Notes: generated from the letters alone by a model not told the origin. A stretch of 54,025 bases of DNA from Minisyncoccota bacterium (GCA_018063015.1 JAGORC010000002.1:1-54025); one strand, 5' to 3'; shown: positions 19,427-29,256, numbered from the stretch's first letter. Made by a program: numbers and translations.

Positions 19427-19440
19427 TTTTTTAAAAAAAT

Positions 19441-20043
19441 ATGATAAAGAAGAAAAAATTTAAAGTTGGAAGAAGATTGGGCGCTGGAGTATATGACAAA
19501 TGTCAGACTCCTAAGTTTTCTGCTTCTTCAGCAAAGTTTGGACCAGGAAGCCGAAGACCTAAGGCTCTTTCTGAATATGGAGCTCAGCTTATTGAAAAGC
19601 AGAAGATTCGATTTTCTTATGGAATAACTGAGAAGCAACTTTCAAATTATGTTAAGAAAGCATCTCAAACAAAAGGTTCAGGTACCGCTGTTAAATTCTA
19701 TGAAGAATTAGAATCTAGACTAGATAACGTTGTTTACAGAATGGGATTGGCTCTATCAAGACGAGGAGCAAGACAGATGGTTTCTCATGGACATTTCGTA
19801 GTTAACAACAACAAAGTTACTATCCCATCTTTCTCAGTTAAGACTGGTGACTTAATAAAAGTTAGAGAAGGTTCAAAGAGTAAAAAGCTTTTCGAGAATT
19901 TACCAGCAAGATTGAAAGAATATAATTTTCCGAATTGGCTTTCTTTTGATCCAGAGAAAATGGAAGGAAAGATTTCAGCTAAACCTAAGAATACAGATAC
20001 ATTCCTTGACTTAAACGCTGTGCTTGAATTCTATAGTCGTTAG
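19441..20043 (+). CDS. rpsD: 30S ribosomal protein S4
   Basis: YGAQLIEKQKIRFSYGI, LESRLDNVVYRMG, ARQMVSHGHF. Confidence 0.95.
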   Translation: MIKKKKFKVGRRLGAGVYDKCQTPKFSASSAKFGPGSRRPKALSEYGAQLIEKQKIRFSYGITEKQLSNYVKKASQTKGSGTAVKFYEELESRLDNVVYRMGLALSRRGARQMVSHGHFVVNNNKVTIPSFSVKTGDLIKVREGSKSKKLFENLPARLKEYNFPNWLSFDPEKMEGKISAKPKNTDTFLDLNAVLEFYSR

Positions 20044-20093
20044 TTTGTTTAATAATTTTGTAATTTTATTATAAATTTTAATATTTAAAAAAT

Positions 20094-21068
20094 ATGCCTG
20101 AATATAAAATAATTATGCCTTCTAAACCTCGTGTTGTGGAAGAGGTTGGAAATAAGGGAGTTTTTGAAATAGACGGTCTTTATCCTGGGTATGGCCATAC
20201 TCTAGGTAACAGTTTGCGTCGAATAATACTTTCATCACTTCCAGGCGCAGGCCTTACATCTATCAAGATAGATGGTATCACTCATGAATTTCAGACAGTA
20301 GAGGGAATCAAGGAAGATGTTATTATAATGATTCTTAATCTAAAGAAGATTCGTTTCAAGATGGCTTCCGATGAGCCTCAGACTGTAACCTTGTCTATAA
20401 AAGGACCGAAAGAAGTTACTGCTTCTGACATAACCACAACAGGTCAGGTTGAAGTTTTAAATCCTGAACTATACCTAGCTACAGTTACTGGCAAGATCAA
20501 TTTAAATATTGAAATGAAAGTAGAAAAAGGACTTGGTTTCATTCCTAAGGAAGTAATGCAGAAAGAAAAGGTTGATATAGGCACAATAGCAGTAGATGCA
20601 ATATTTACTCCTATCAGAAGAGTTTCTTATGAAGTTGAGAACATGCGAGTAGGAGATAAAACCAACCACAACAGACTTAGAATTTCTATAGAGACTGATG
20701 GAACCCTAACTCCACGTGAAGCACTCTCACAGGCTATTGTTATAATGATAAACCAACTTAAGGCTATAGTTGATTTTAAAGAAAAAGAAGAAATAGAAGT
20801 AGAGAAGAAATCTTCAAAATCTGAAGACAAAGAAAAGGAAGAAGAGAAGAAAGGAGAAGATTTTACAGATGTACTTAAGACTAGAACTGATTCACTTGAT
20901 TTATCAACAAGAACTCTTAATGCGTTAACTCAGGCTAACATAAGAACTCTTGGAGGTCTTGCTCGAAAGAAAAGAGAAGATCTACTAGAAGTAGAAGGTA
21001 TAGGCGAGAAAGGTATTACAGAGATAAAGAAAATTTTAGCTAAATACGGCTTAAATTTAAAAGATTAA
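20094..21068 (+). CDS. rpoA: DNA-directed RNA polymerase subunit alpha
   Basis: GHTLGNSLRRILLSS-type motif, and an alpha-CTD LDLSTRTLNAL...LLEVEGIGEKG after a Lys/Glu-rich linker. Confidence 0.95.
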   Translation: MPEYKIIMPSKPRVVEEVGNKGVFEIDGLYPGYGHTLGNSLRRIILSSLPGAGLTSIKIDGITHEFQTVEGIKEDVIIMILNLKKIRFKMASDEPQTVTLSIKGPKEVTASDITTTGQVEVLNPELYLATVTGKINLNIEMKVEKGLGFIPKEVMQKEKVDIGTIAVDAIFTPIRRVSYEVENMRVGDKTNHNRLRISIETDGTLTPREALSQAIVIMINQLKAIVDFKEKEEIEVEKKSSKSEDKEKEEEKKGEDFTDVLKTRTDSLDLSTRTLNALTQANIRTLGGLARKKREDLLEVEGIGEKGITEIKKILAKYGLNLKD

Positions 21069-21069
21069 T

Positions 21070-21423
21070 ATGAGACACCATAATTCAAAAAGAAAATTCG
21101 GAAGAACAAAGAATCTAAGAAACGCACTCTTGAAGTCACTTGCGCTTAGTTTGATAATGCGCGGAAAAATCAAGACAACAGAAGCTAAAGCTAAAGAACT
21201 TAAACCTTATGTTGAAAAGATGATTACAGTTGCTAAGAAGAATACACAAGCTGGCAAGAGAATAACTGCATCTAAGATGTACAACAACAAGAAATTAGTA
21301 AAGAAACTTTTTGATGAAGTGGCTCCTAAGTACGCTGACCGAAAAGGAGGATATATTAGGATTATTAAGCTTGGAGTTAGAAAGTCAGACAGCGCAAAGA
21401 TGGCTCAAATAGAGTTTGTGTAA
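21070..21423 (+). CDS. rplQ: 50S ribosomal protein L17
   Basis: MRHHNSKRKFGRT...GGYIRIIKLG.R..D.AKMA.IEFV. Confidence 0.92.
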   Translation: MRHHNSKRKFGRTKNLRNALLKSLALSLIMRGKIKTTEAKAKELKPYVEKMITVAKKNTQAGKRITASKMYNNKKLVKKLFDEVAPKYADRKGGYIRIIKLGVRKSDSAKMAQIEFV

Positions 21424-21453
21424 TTTATAATAATGTTTTAGTATAGCAATACA

Positions 21454-21822
21454 ATGAAAGAAAAAAACAAAGCAAAAGAAGAGAAAGTAATAGACGCAAG
21501 CGGAATGTCATTAGGCCGTGTGGCTTCATCTATTGCTATGAGCCTTATGGGTAAGACTAAACCAACTTTCGAGAGAAACGTATATAGCGGTATGCCAGTT
21601 AAGGTTGTTAACGCAAGTAAGCTTAAGATTACAGCTAAGAAACTAGATGAAATATTCCATACTAGATATTCAGGATATCCAGGAGGACTTCGTGTAATAA
21701 AGGGTACAGAAACTAAAGAAAAAAGAGGATTAAAAGAATTAATCAAACTTGCTGTTTACAGAATGTTACCTTCAAATAAACTAAGAAAGGAAATGATGAA
21801 AAATTTAAAAGTTGAAGATTAA
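21454..21822 (+). CDS. rplM: 50S ribosomal protein L13
   Basis: LGRVAS.IA..L.GK.KP.F......G..V.V.NA........K......Y.R.SGYPGGL pattern is present. Confidence 0.9.
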   Translation: MKEKNKAKEEKVIDASGMSLGRVASSIAMSLMGKTKPTFERNVYSGMPVKVVNASKLKITAKKLDEIFHTRYSGYPGGLRVIKGTETKEKRGLKELIKLAVYRMLPSNKLRKEMMKNLKVED

Positions 21823-21833
21823 TAAAGAACAAT

Positions 21834-22241
21834 ATGTCTGAGAAAAAAGATGAAAAATACATAGAGGCGGTTGGTAGAAGAAAAACTTCTACTGCTCGCG
21901 TAAGAATCAAGGATGCCAGCAAGGCGAGCTTTGTTGTTAATGGAATCGATGCAAAGGATTACTTCAAGACAGAAGAACAGAAGCGTCTCATACAAGATCC
22001 AGTAGTAAAAGGTAAACCAGGAACCAAACTTCATGTTGAAGTTAAGGTAACAGGCGGAGGTATACATTCTCAAGCAGAAGCAATTCGTCATGGACTTGCT
22101 CGTGCGCTTGTTCTACAAGATGGAGAAATCCGTTCAAAGATGAAAACCCTAGGATTCCTAAAAAGAGATGCTAGAGCTAAAGAAAGAAGAAAATTCGGAT
22201 TGAAGAAAGCTAGAAAATCTCCACAGTGGTCTAAACGTTAA
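21834..22241 (+). CDS. rpsI: 30S ribosomal protein S9
   Basis: AVGRRKTSTARVR..., GGG.HSQAEAIRHGLARAL, LKRDARAKERRKFGLKKARKSPQWSKR. Confidence 0.95.
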   Translation: MSEKKDEKYIEAVGRRKTSTARVRIKDASKASFVVNGIDAKDYFKTEEQKRLIQDPVVKGKPGTKLHVEVKVTGGGIHSQAEAIRHGLARALVLQDGEIRSKMKTLGFLKRDARAKERRKFGLKKARKSPQWSKR

Positions 22242-22244
22242 TCA

Positions 22245-22270
22245 AAAACTCCCCGAAAGGGGAGTTTTCT
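22245..22270 (+). terminator. rho-independent terminator after rpsI
   Basis: AAAACTCCCC-GAAA-GGGGAGTTTT followed by CTGTT. Confidence 0.75.
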
Positions 22271-22326
22271 GTTATAAAAGCTTAACCACCTTTGGCGGAG
22301 GATTTTTTTATGTTAATATAAAATTT

Positions 22327-22911
22327 ATGAACGAAGAAGATAAAAAAGAAACAAAAGAAGAACCAGAGGATGATATTGTAGAATTTGAATATAACGTTGA
22401 TGGCGAAGAAGACTTAAAAAAGACTCTAAAGAAATTAAGAGGTGATTTAAAGGAGGCTAGAAAAGAAAAAGAAGAATACCTGACTGGTTGGCAGAAGGAG
22501 AGAGCAGACTTCGCTAATTATAAAAAAGATGAAGAGAGTAGAAAGGCGATGTTCTCAGAATCAGTTCGAGAAAGAATCCTAACTAAATTTCTAGATGTTA
22601 TTGATAGCTTCAATATGGCATTTGCTAATAAAGATGCTTGGGAGAAGGTGGACAAGAACTGGAGGATTGGAGTAGAGCATATTTACTCTCAACTAGAAGG
22701 AGTATTTGAAGAATACGGAGTTAAATCTTTCGGCGCTGAGGGTGATAATTTTGACCCTAATTTATATCACAGCATGGACACAATGGAGACAGATAAAAAA
22801 GACTTAGATCATAAAGTAGCCAAGGTTATTCAAAAAGGTTACAAGCTTGGTGAACGAGTAATTCGCCCAGCCAACGTAAACGTGTACGAATATCATGGAG
22901 AGTCAAACTAA
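22327..22911 (+). CDS. grpE: nucleotide exchange factor GrpE
   Basis: Coiled N-terminus, RERADFANYKK, and a C-terminal beta-domain ..GYKLGERVIRPANV. Confidence 0.9.
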   Translation: MNEEDKKETKEEPEDDIVEFEYNVDGEEDLKKTLKKLRGDLKEARKEKEEYLTGWQKERADFANYKKDEESRKAMFSESVRERILTKFLDVIDSFNMAFANKDAWEKVDKNWRIGVEHIYSQLEGVFEEYGVKSFGAEGDNFDPNLYHSMDTMETDKKDLDHKVAKVIQKGYKLGERVIRPANVNVYEYHGESN

Positions 22912-24616
22912 AACATATTCGACGAACAGAGTACGTGCTTGCCAGAATTGTAAGCTTGATTTCACAATAGAATCTGAAGATTTTAATTTCTATGAAAAAA
23001 TAAAAGTTCCTCCACCGACTTGGTGTCCGGAGTGTAGACAACAGAGACGTTATGCTTGGAGAAACGAGCGTACCTTATATAGAAGGAACTGTGATTTGTG
23101 TAATAAAAGTACTGTAACAATATATTCTCCAAACAAATCTTATAAAGTATATTGCAATTTTTGCTGGTGGAGTGATGGATGGGATTCGGCTTCTTACGGT
23201 AGAGATTTTGATTTTTCTCGTCCATTCTTTGAACAATTTAGAGAACTTCAACTAGACACTCCACGGATGGCTTTATTAAATAAAAATAGTACTAATTCAG
23301 AATACACAAATCATTCAGCTAATAACAAAGATGTCTATCTTTCGTTTTGTGTTTTTGACGGTGAGAATGTAATGAATAGTACTTGGGTTATGAAAAATTC
23401 TAGGGATTGTCTTGATTGTAGTTTTATTTATGAGAAAGGAGAGAGGCTGTATGAATGCATAGATTCTCGGTCTTCATATGGATCTCAGTATAGTTTATTT
23501 TTAAAGGATTGTTCAAACGTTTTTTATTCATTTGATTGTAGAAGTTCGAATGATTGCTTCTTATCTTCTAACTTACGTAATAAAAGTTATGTTTTTAAAA
23601 ACAAGCAGTATTCTAGGGAGGAGTATTTTGAAAAATTAAAAGAGTATAATCTTTCTTCATTTGAGACTAGAGAGAGATTAAATAAAGAATTTAAAGATAT
23701 GCTTGAGAATAGTGCTATATTTCGTTATGTAATCAGTGAAAGAAATATAAATTCTACAGGTTCATTAATGTTTGATTGTCGAAATGTTAAGTATTCTTTT
23801 GAAGTAGAAAAAGATGAAAATTGTAAATATATTTACGGAGGCCCTGAGCTAAAGGATTGTATGGACTTGTATCACGTAGGATACAATACAGAGCTTTGTT
23901 ATGAATGTCAGGGATGCACGAGGCTTTCTAATTGTCAGTTTTGTCATCTGTGTTATGACAATATGAACGTTATGTATTCTGACACTTGCCAAAATAGCCA
24001 GAATTTATTTGGTTGTGTATCTGTTAAAAAAGGGGAGTATATGATTTTCAATAAAAAATATTCCAAGGAAGACTTTCTGGTTCTTAAAGAAAAAATAATT
24101 GAACATATGAAAAAAACAGGTGAGTATGGAGAATTCTTCCCTCCTCAGATTGCACCTGTTTATTACAATGAGACACAGGGTAATCTTTATGCACCTATGA
24201 CCAAAGAGAAGGTTTTATCTTTAGGCTGGCAATGGGAAGATAACACTCCAGGAACCGTAGGCAAAGAAACAATAGATATTTTCTCTATACCAGACAGAAT
24301 AGAGGATGCACCAGATTCGTATTTAAAAGAAATTTTTGCCTGCATGGAATGCTCAAAGAACTACAATATATCTCAAAATGAGTTACTTTTTTATAAAAAA
24401 GAAAAAATTCCATTACCAAGAAGATGTCCAAACTGTAGATACAAAAGAAGATTTAATTTACGCCCTTTAAGACAACTTTGGCATAGAGAGTGTATGTGTG
24501 ACAAGAAACATTCTCATCATGAAGGAAAATGCGTAGAAGAATTTGAAACTTGTTATGCTCCAGATAGACCTGAGATAGTTTATTGCGAGAAGTGTTATAA
24601 CTCAGAGGTATATTGA
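22895..24616 (+). CDS. Cys-rich double-zinc-ribbon protein, paralog 1 (function unknown)
   Basis: 573 aa. Its ATG lies 17 nt inside the grpE 3' end. N-terminal CQNC...CPECR plus CDLC-x17-CNFC; Cys-ladder core; C-terminal CMEC...CPNCR plus ...YCEKCY. No signal peptide or TM. Confidence 0.85.
   Translation: MESQTKTYSTNRVRACQNCKLDFTIESEDFNFYEKIKVPPPTWCPECRQQRRYAWRNERTLYRRNCDLCNKSTVTIYSPNKSYKVYCNFCWWSDGWDSASYGRDFDFSRPFFEQFRELQLDTPRMALLNKNSTNSEYTNHSANNKDVYLSFCVFDGENVMNSTWVMKNSRDCLDCSFIYEKGERLYECIDSRSSYGSQYSLFLKDCSNVFYSFDCRSSNDCFLSSNLRNKSYVFKNKQYSREEYFEKLKEYNLSSFETRERLNKEFKDMLENSAIFRYVISERNINSTGSLMFDCRNVKYSFEVEKDENCKYIYGGPELKDCMDLYHVGYNTELCYECQGCTRLSNCQFCHLCYDNMNVMYSDTCQNSQNLFGCVSVKKGEYMIFNKKYSKEDFLVLKEKIIEHMKKTGEYGEFFPPQIAPVYYNETQGNLYAPMTKEKVLSLGWQWEDNTPGTVGKETIDIFSIPDRIEDAPDSYLKEIFACMECSKNYNISQNELLFYKKEKIPLPRRCPNCRYKRRFNLRPLRQLWHRECMCDKKHSHHEGKCVEEFETCYAPDRPEIVYCEKCYNSEVY
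22976..23038 (+). repeat. conserved 63-nt tract at the 5' end of paralog 1 (62/63 identical to 24670-24732)
   Basis: GAAGATTTTAATTTCTATGAAAAAATAAAAGTTCCTCCACCGACTTGGTGTCCGGAGTGTAGA, compared with the paralog 2 copy by hand. Confidence 0.9.
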
Positions 24617-24618
24617 TT

Positions 24619-26340
24619 ATGGAAACACGAAATTGTCAAAATTGTAAGAACGACTTTGTCATAGAACCTGAAGATTTTAATTTCTATGAAAAGATAAAAG
24701 TTCCTCCACCGACTTGGTGTCCGGAGTGTAGAATGATAAGAAGAATGTCTTGGAGAAACGTCAGATCACTCTATAAGCGTGAATGTGATTTGTGCAAAAA
24801 GTCCATTATAACAATGTATGATGAAAGTATGACTTCGCCTATTTATTGTCGAAGTTGTTTCTATGGTGATGGGTGGAACCCGATGGACTACGGAGTAGAC
24901 ATTGATTGGACTAAACCATTTCTTACTCAATGGAAAGAGCTCTGGGATAAAATTCCCAAGTACTCGCTTCTTTCTTGGAAAAATTCTCAAAATTCTGATT
25001 ATGCAAACATAGTAATTAATTCTAAAGATTGTTACTTGTCTTATTCTATTGTTGAGTCTGAAAAAATTCTTTATTCCGAAAACATAGATAACTCTCAAGA
25101 ATTAGTAGATTGTTATATGTGCATTGAAGGATGTGATTCTTGCTACTATACCCAAGGCAGAGGGAATTATGGAGGGAAATATTTATCACAATGCGTTAAC
25201 TGTGTTAACGTAAATTTTTGCTTTGATTGTAATAATTGCCAAGATTGCTTCATGTCTTATAACTTAAGAAACAAGAAATACGTATTTCGTGGAGTACAGC
25301 TTGGTGCAGAAGAATACAAGGAAGCTCTTGAAAAAGAGAATTTAGCAAGTCGTATGTCCTTAGATAAATTATATACAGAGTGGGTTAGTATGATTGAAGA
25401 GAAGGCGATACATCAGTATGCAAGAATAATCTTAGGTAAGGATTCCACAGGTAACTTCCTAAAGGGTGTAAAGAATATAAAGCATTGTTTCAATACATAT
25501 GATTCAGAAAATCTAGCATATGGAGCAAGAGGTATAAAATCAAAAGACGCATACGATTTTTATGGGTTAGTTGGGGAACTTACTTATGAGACCGTAGGGT
25601 GCTCATTTGGTGCATATGGGAATTTATTCTCTTTTAACTGCGATGCCAACAGAAGCATAGAGTACACTGCACTGTCATCAAATAGTTCTGATCTGTATGG
25701 TTGTGTCTCCTTACAGAAGAAACAACATTGTATCTTAAATAAACAATATTCTAAAGATGAATATTTTTCTCTTGTAGATAAAATAAGGAAGCATATGGAT
25801 GAAATGCCTTATATTGACGAGAAGGGAAGAGTATATAAATATGGTGAATTTTTCCCATTCGAGTTTTCTCCCTTTGGATATAACGAAACTTTCTGCCTGG
25901 ACTTCTTTACAACGACAGAGGTCGAAGCAAAAAATATGGGATATAAATGGAGAACTCAAAAAGAAAGAAATCATCTTGTTGATATAAAGACACAAGATGT
26001 TCCAGATAAAATATCAATAGTAGATGAAGCTATTTTAAATAAAGTTATAGAATGTAAACATTATGCAAGTGGATCGTTATCCTGTAATCATCAATGTACA
26101 GAAGCATTCAGGATTACTTATGATGAATTATTGTTCTATAAAAAATGGAATATACCACTTCCTAGACTTTGTCCAAATTGTAGGCATTACGAGAGGTTGC
26201 CTGTTTTTATGCAACCGATGAAACTCTGGCATCGAAAATGTATGAAGGATGGATGTACAAATGAATTTGAAACCTCATATTCTCCTGATAGGCCGGAAAT
26301 AGTATATTGCGAAACTTGTTATAACGCTGAAGTTTACTAA
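24619..26340 (+). CDS. Cys-rich double-zinc-ribbon protein, paralog 2
   Basis: Starts METRNCQNCK at an ATG 2 nt after the paralog 1 stop (the track's TTG at 24613 is rejected). Same architecture as paralog 1. Confidence 0.85.
   Translation: METRNCQNCKNDFVIEPEDFNFYEKIKVPPPTWCPECRMIRRMSWRNVRSLYKRECDLCKKSIITMYDESMTSPIYCRSCFYGDGWNPMDYGVDIDWTKPFLTQWKELWDKIPKYSLLSWKNSQNSDYANIVINSKDCYLSYSIVESEKILYSENIDNSQELVDCYMCIEGCDSCYYTQGRGNYGGKYLSQCVNCVNVNFCFDCNNCQDCFMSYNLRNKKYVFRGVQLGAEEYKEALEKENLASRMSLDKLYTEWVSMIEEKAIHQYARIILGKDSTGNFLKGVKNIKHCFNTYDSENLAYGARGIKSKDAYDFYGLVGELTYETVGCSFGAYGNLFSFNCDANRSIEYTALSSNSSDLYGCVSLQKKQHCILNKQYSKDEYFSLVDKIRKHMDEMPYIDEKGRVYKYGEFFPFEFSPFGYNETFCLDFFTTTEVEAKNMGYKWRTQKERNHLVDIKTQDVPDKISIVDEAILNKVIECKHYASGSLSCNHQCTEAFRITYDELLFYKKWNIPLPRLCPNCRHYERLPVFMQPMKLWHRKCMKDGCTNEFETSYSPDRPEIVYCETCYNAEVY
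24670..24732 (+). repeat. conserved 63-nt tract at the 5' end of paralog 2
   Basis: One mismatch (A/G) against 22976-23038. Confidence 0.9.
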
Positions 26341-26855
26341 CTTTTCATTGCTTCAAGAAAAGACTTCGTTGTCTCTGGGTCAAGCTTGTCGGTGACTATT
26401 ATCATAAGCTCAGTAGTAAGATCTAGATCCTTTTTAATATTTGTGAAAAGGTGTTCATATGGGTAGGGTGATATCCAAACTGTATTTTTCACACAGACAA
26501 AGTTTGCCTTCTTTAGTAAGTAACGAAGTGCTTCTCGCTCACTCTTTCTATCTTCACCAATATCCAAAATTATTATCCTCCAAAGTCCATCCCAGGTAAG
26601 GGGAGCCAGAGCTTCTCCTGTCTCAAGTCGCAGGCTATTTACCTTCACCTTACCTTTTTTTGTTATTTTTACGTAGTCTTCACGTCCGGAACTATGTACC
26701 TCAGCGTAACCGCCTTCTATGAGGTTTTTAAGGGCCCTAGAGAGTGCATAGCAGGTTTTAGGATCATCTGCACCCTTTATATTATCTAGAGAGATAGCTG
26801 GCTTTTCAGCCAAAATCTTCAATATTTTCTTGGAATATCCTGATTTACTTGACAT
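26337..26855 (-). CDS. PaaX-like winged-helix transcriptional regulator (tentative)
   Basis: 172 aa. N-terminal wHTH-like segment (ILKILAEKPAISL...ALSRALKNLIEGGY), then WDGLWRIIILDIGEDRKSEREALRYLLKKANFVCVKNTVWISPYP, which resembles the PaaX middle domain. Its stop overlaps the paralog 2 stop by 4 nt, convergently. Confidence 0.45.
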   Translation of the reverse strand: MSSKSGYSKKILKILAEKPAISLDNIKGADDPKTCYALSRALKNLIEGGYAEVHSSGREDYVKITKKGKVKVNSLRLETGEALAPLTWDGLWRIIILDIGEDRKSEREALRYLLKKANFVCVKNTVWISPYPYEHLFTNIKKDLDLTTELMIIVTDKLDPETTKSFLEAMKS

Positions 26856-26881
26856 GGATATATTTTAGCATATATACTGTC

Positions 26882-26919
26882 TTTGACAAGTATTTTGCGA
26901 CCACGAAAAACTTGTCAAA
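26882..26919. promoter_or_regulatory. perfect 10-bp inverted repeat TTTGACAAGT-N18-ACTTGTCAAA (candidate operator)
   Basis: Arms at 26882-26891 and 26910-19. It lies in the divergent intergenic region between the PaaX-like gene and the DUF3467-like/dnaK unit. Each arm contains a -35-like hexamer. Confidence 0.55.
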
Positions 26920-26940
26920 ATAAGTAAGTTTGTATATAAT
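26912..26940 (+). promoter_or_regulatory. candidate promoter TTGTCA-17 nt-TATAAT for the small ORF + dnaK
   Basis: The -35 hexamer at 26912-26917 is the right arm of the inverted repeat. TATAAT lies at 26935-26940. Confidence 0.4.
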
Positions 26941-26978
26941 AGGTGGGTCAAAGGTTATTAACATAAAATATTAAAAAT

Positions 26979-27257
26979 ATGATAGATCCAAAAAAAGTAG
27001 ATTTTAATCAATTACCAAAGAAGTTCTGTGATGGAGCTCTTGGAGCTTTCGGGAAGGATGCAGTTATGTTTGCCATAACTTCTGGGAGCAATCTTGATCC
27101 ATATGCAACTACTCCCAGGATGGCAAAAAATATTGCAATATTTTTCAACCAACAAATTGAGAAATACGAAAAGCAATTCGGAGTAATAGATATGAGCCCA
27201 CCACTGATCCCAAGTCCCATTCAAGCAACTGACTTAGGTGATGAAAATAAAAAATAA
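26979..27257 (+). CDS. small conserved hypothetical protein (DUF3467-like, from memory)
   Basis: 92 aa. ...MAKNIAIFFNQQIEKYEKQFGVI resembles the C-terminal block I associate with DUF3467. It lies 36 nt upstream of dnaK. Confidence 0.4.
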   Translation: MIDPKKVDFNQLPKKFCDGALGAFGKDAVMFAITSGSNLDPYATTPRMAKNIAIFFNQQIEKYEKQFGVIDMSPPLIPSPIQATDLGDENKK

Positions 27258-27293
27258 ATTAAAATTATAAGTTTAATAAAAAATAAAAAACAT

Positions 27294-29222
27294 ATGAGTA
27301 AAATTTTAGGTATAGATTTAGGAACAACAAACTCTGCTTTCGCTATTATCGAAGGTGGAGAACCAAAGATATTAGAAAATGCAGAAGGTGCACGAACTAC
27401 ACCTTCTATCGTAGCTACTGCTAAAAACGGCGATAGGCTTGTTGGAGTACTTGCTAAGCGTCAGTCTGTTACAAATCCTAAGAATACTATTTTCCAAATA
27501 AAGAGATTCGTAGGACATTCGTTCGATGAAGCAGATGTTCAGAAGGATATTCAAGCAGTTCCGTTTGAGGTTAAGAAATCTGATAATGGAGGTATTGATG
27601 TAAAAATGGGAGATAAGTATTACAGACCAGAAGAACTTTCTGCAATGATTCTTCAGAAAATAAAGGCAGATGCTGAAGCTAAAACAGGGGAGAAAATTAC
27701 AGAAGCTGTTATTACAGTTCCAGCATATTTCAACGATGCGCAAAGAAAGGCAACTAAGGATGCAGGACAGATTGCAGGACTTGATGTAAAGAGAATAATC
27801 AATGAGCCAACAGCTGCAGCGCTTGCTTATGGATTTAACAAAAAGAAAAATGAGAAGGTAGCAGTTTTTGACTTTGGAGGTGGAACATTCGATGTTTCTA
27901 TACTTGAGGTTGGGGAGGATGTGGTAGAGGTTAAGTCTACCGATGGAGATAGTCACCTAGGAGGTAAGGACATCGACCAGAAGATAATAAATTGGCTTGC
28001 TGATGGATTCCAGAAAGAGCACGGTATAGATCTAAGAAAAGATGCTTTGTCTAAGCAGAGACTAGATGATGCAGCAGAGAAGGCAAAGATAGAACTCTCT
28101 ACTGCAGTTGAATCTGAAATAAATATCCCATTCATAACATCTAGTGATGCAGGACCTCTGCACCTTGTTCGTACAATGAAACGTGCTGACTTAGAAGAAG
28201 TTTGTCGTGAATTCGTAGATCGTGCAATGATGATTACCAAGCGCGCTATAGAAGCTTCACCATTTAAGGTAGGTGATATAAATGAAGTAATACTTGTAGG
28301 TGGTCAGACTAGAATGCCTATGATTCAGAGCGAAGTTGAGAAATTCTTCGGCAAGAAGCCTCATATGGGAGTAAACCCTGATGAAGTTGTAGCATTAGGT
28401 GCTGCAGTTCAAGCTGGAGTTCTACAAGGAGATGTTAAGGATGTGCTACTTTTAGACGTTATTCCACTTTCACTAGGCATCGAGACATTAGGAGGAGTAG
28501 CTACAAAGCTAATAGAAAGAAATACAACAATTCCAGCTAGTAAATCTCAAGTATTCTCAACAGCAGCTGATAATCAGACATCTGTTGAAATACATATAGT
28601 TCAAGGTGAGCGACCAATGGCAACCGACAACAAATCTCTAGGACGATTTATCCTAGACGGAATCCCGCCAGCACCTCGAGGTATGCCTCAGGTTGAGGTA
28701 TCATTTGATGTGGATGCAAACGGAATTCTAAATGTGACAGCCAAGGATAAAGCATCAGGCAAAACTCAATCAATCAAGATTGAAGCAAGTTCAGGATTAA
28801 AGGAAGAAGACATCAAGAAGATGCAGTCTGATGCAGAAGCTCATGCAGAAGAAGACAAGAAGAAGAAAGAACTCGCTGATGCCAAGAATAATGCTGAGAT
28901 GATGATTTACACCGCTGAGAAAGCAGTGAAGGATAATGAAGCAAAGATTCCTGAAGACTTGAAGAAGAGCGTACATATAAAGATTGAAGAACTAAAAGCA
29001 GTTAAGGATGGAACAGATGGACAAATGATAAAGACAAAGAGTGATGAGCTCTCTACTGAGATGTCTAAGATAGGTGAAGCGGTTCAGAAGGCAGGAGGAC
29101 CAACTCCAGAAGGAAATGAAACCAACCCTTCGACAGGATCAGGGCAAGCAGAAGAACCAGCAAAAACTACAGACGCTGAGTTTAAAGAAACTCCACCAGA
29201 AGGTGAAGCACCAAAAGCTTAA
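27294..29222 (+). CDS. dnaK: molecular chaperone DnaK (Hsp70)
   Basis: [17 protein letters not shown]-type [23 protein letters not shown], and a substrate-binding domain and lid. Confidence 0.97.
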   Translation: MSKILGIDLGTTNSAFAIIEGGEPKILENAEGARTTPSIVATAKNGDRLVGVLAKRQSVTNPKNTIFQIKRFVGHSFDEADVQKDIQAVPFEVKKSDNGGIDVKMGDKYYRPEELSAMILQKIKADAEAKTGEKITEAVITVPAYFNDAQRKATKDAGQIAGLDVKRIINEPTAAALAYGFNKKKNEKVAVFDFGGGTFDVSILEVGEDVVEVKSTDGDSHLGGKDIDQKIINWLADGFQKEHGIDLRKDALSKQRLDDAAEKAKIELSTAVESEINIPFITSSDAGPLHLVRTMKRADLEEVCREFVDRAMMITKRAIEASPFKVGDINEVILVGGQTRMPMIQSEVEKFFGKKPHMGVNPDEVVALGAAVQAGVLQGDVKDVLLLDVIPLSLGIETLGGVATKLIERNTTIPASKSQVFSTAADNQTSVEIHIVQGERPMATDNKSLGRFILDGIPPAPRGMPQVEVSFDVDANGILNVTAKDKASGKTQSIKIEASSGLKEEDIKKMQSDAEAHAEEDKKKKELADAKNNAEMMIYTAEKAVKDNEAKIPEDLKKSVHIKIEELKAVKDGTDGQMIKTKSDELSTEMSKIGEAVQKAGGPTPEGNETNPSTGSGQAEEPAKTTDAEFKETPPEGEAPKA

Positions 29223-29232
29223 TACACTAACT

Positions 29233-29256
29233 AAAGGCCCCGAAAGGGGCTTTTTA
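29233..29256 (+). terminator. rho-independent terminator after dnaK
   Basis: AAAGGCCCC-GAAA-GGGGCTTTTT. Confidence 0.75.

Noticed and set aside
22242-22326. CIRCE/HrcA operator upstream of grpE (also checked upstream of dnaK and dnaJ).
   Set aside because: There is no TTAGCACTC-N9-GAGTGCTAA-like inverted repeat. Only the rpsI terminator and AT-rich spacer are present.
24614-24616. Alternative genetic code with UGA recoded, as in some CPR lineages.
   Set aside because: The TGA here terminates paralog 1 exactly at the position (..EVY*) where its siblings end with TAA or TAG. No conserved gene needs read-through of an in-frame TGA.
27372-28240. Long antisense ORFs inside dnaK (194 aa and 95 aa). 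Similar antisense or alternative-frame ORFs occur elsewhere, e.g. 18976-19338, 38288-38701, 48859-49200 and 1048-1251.
   Set aside because: They lie wholly inside strongly supported conserved genes. Their translations are low-complexity and rich in Ser, Leu, Ile and Cys, as expected for antisense reading of AT-rich coding DNA. They have no recognisable motifs.
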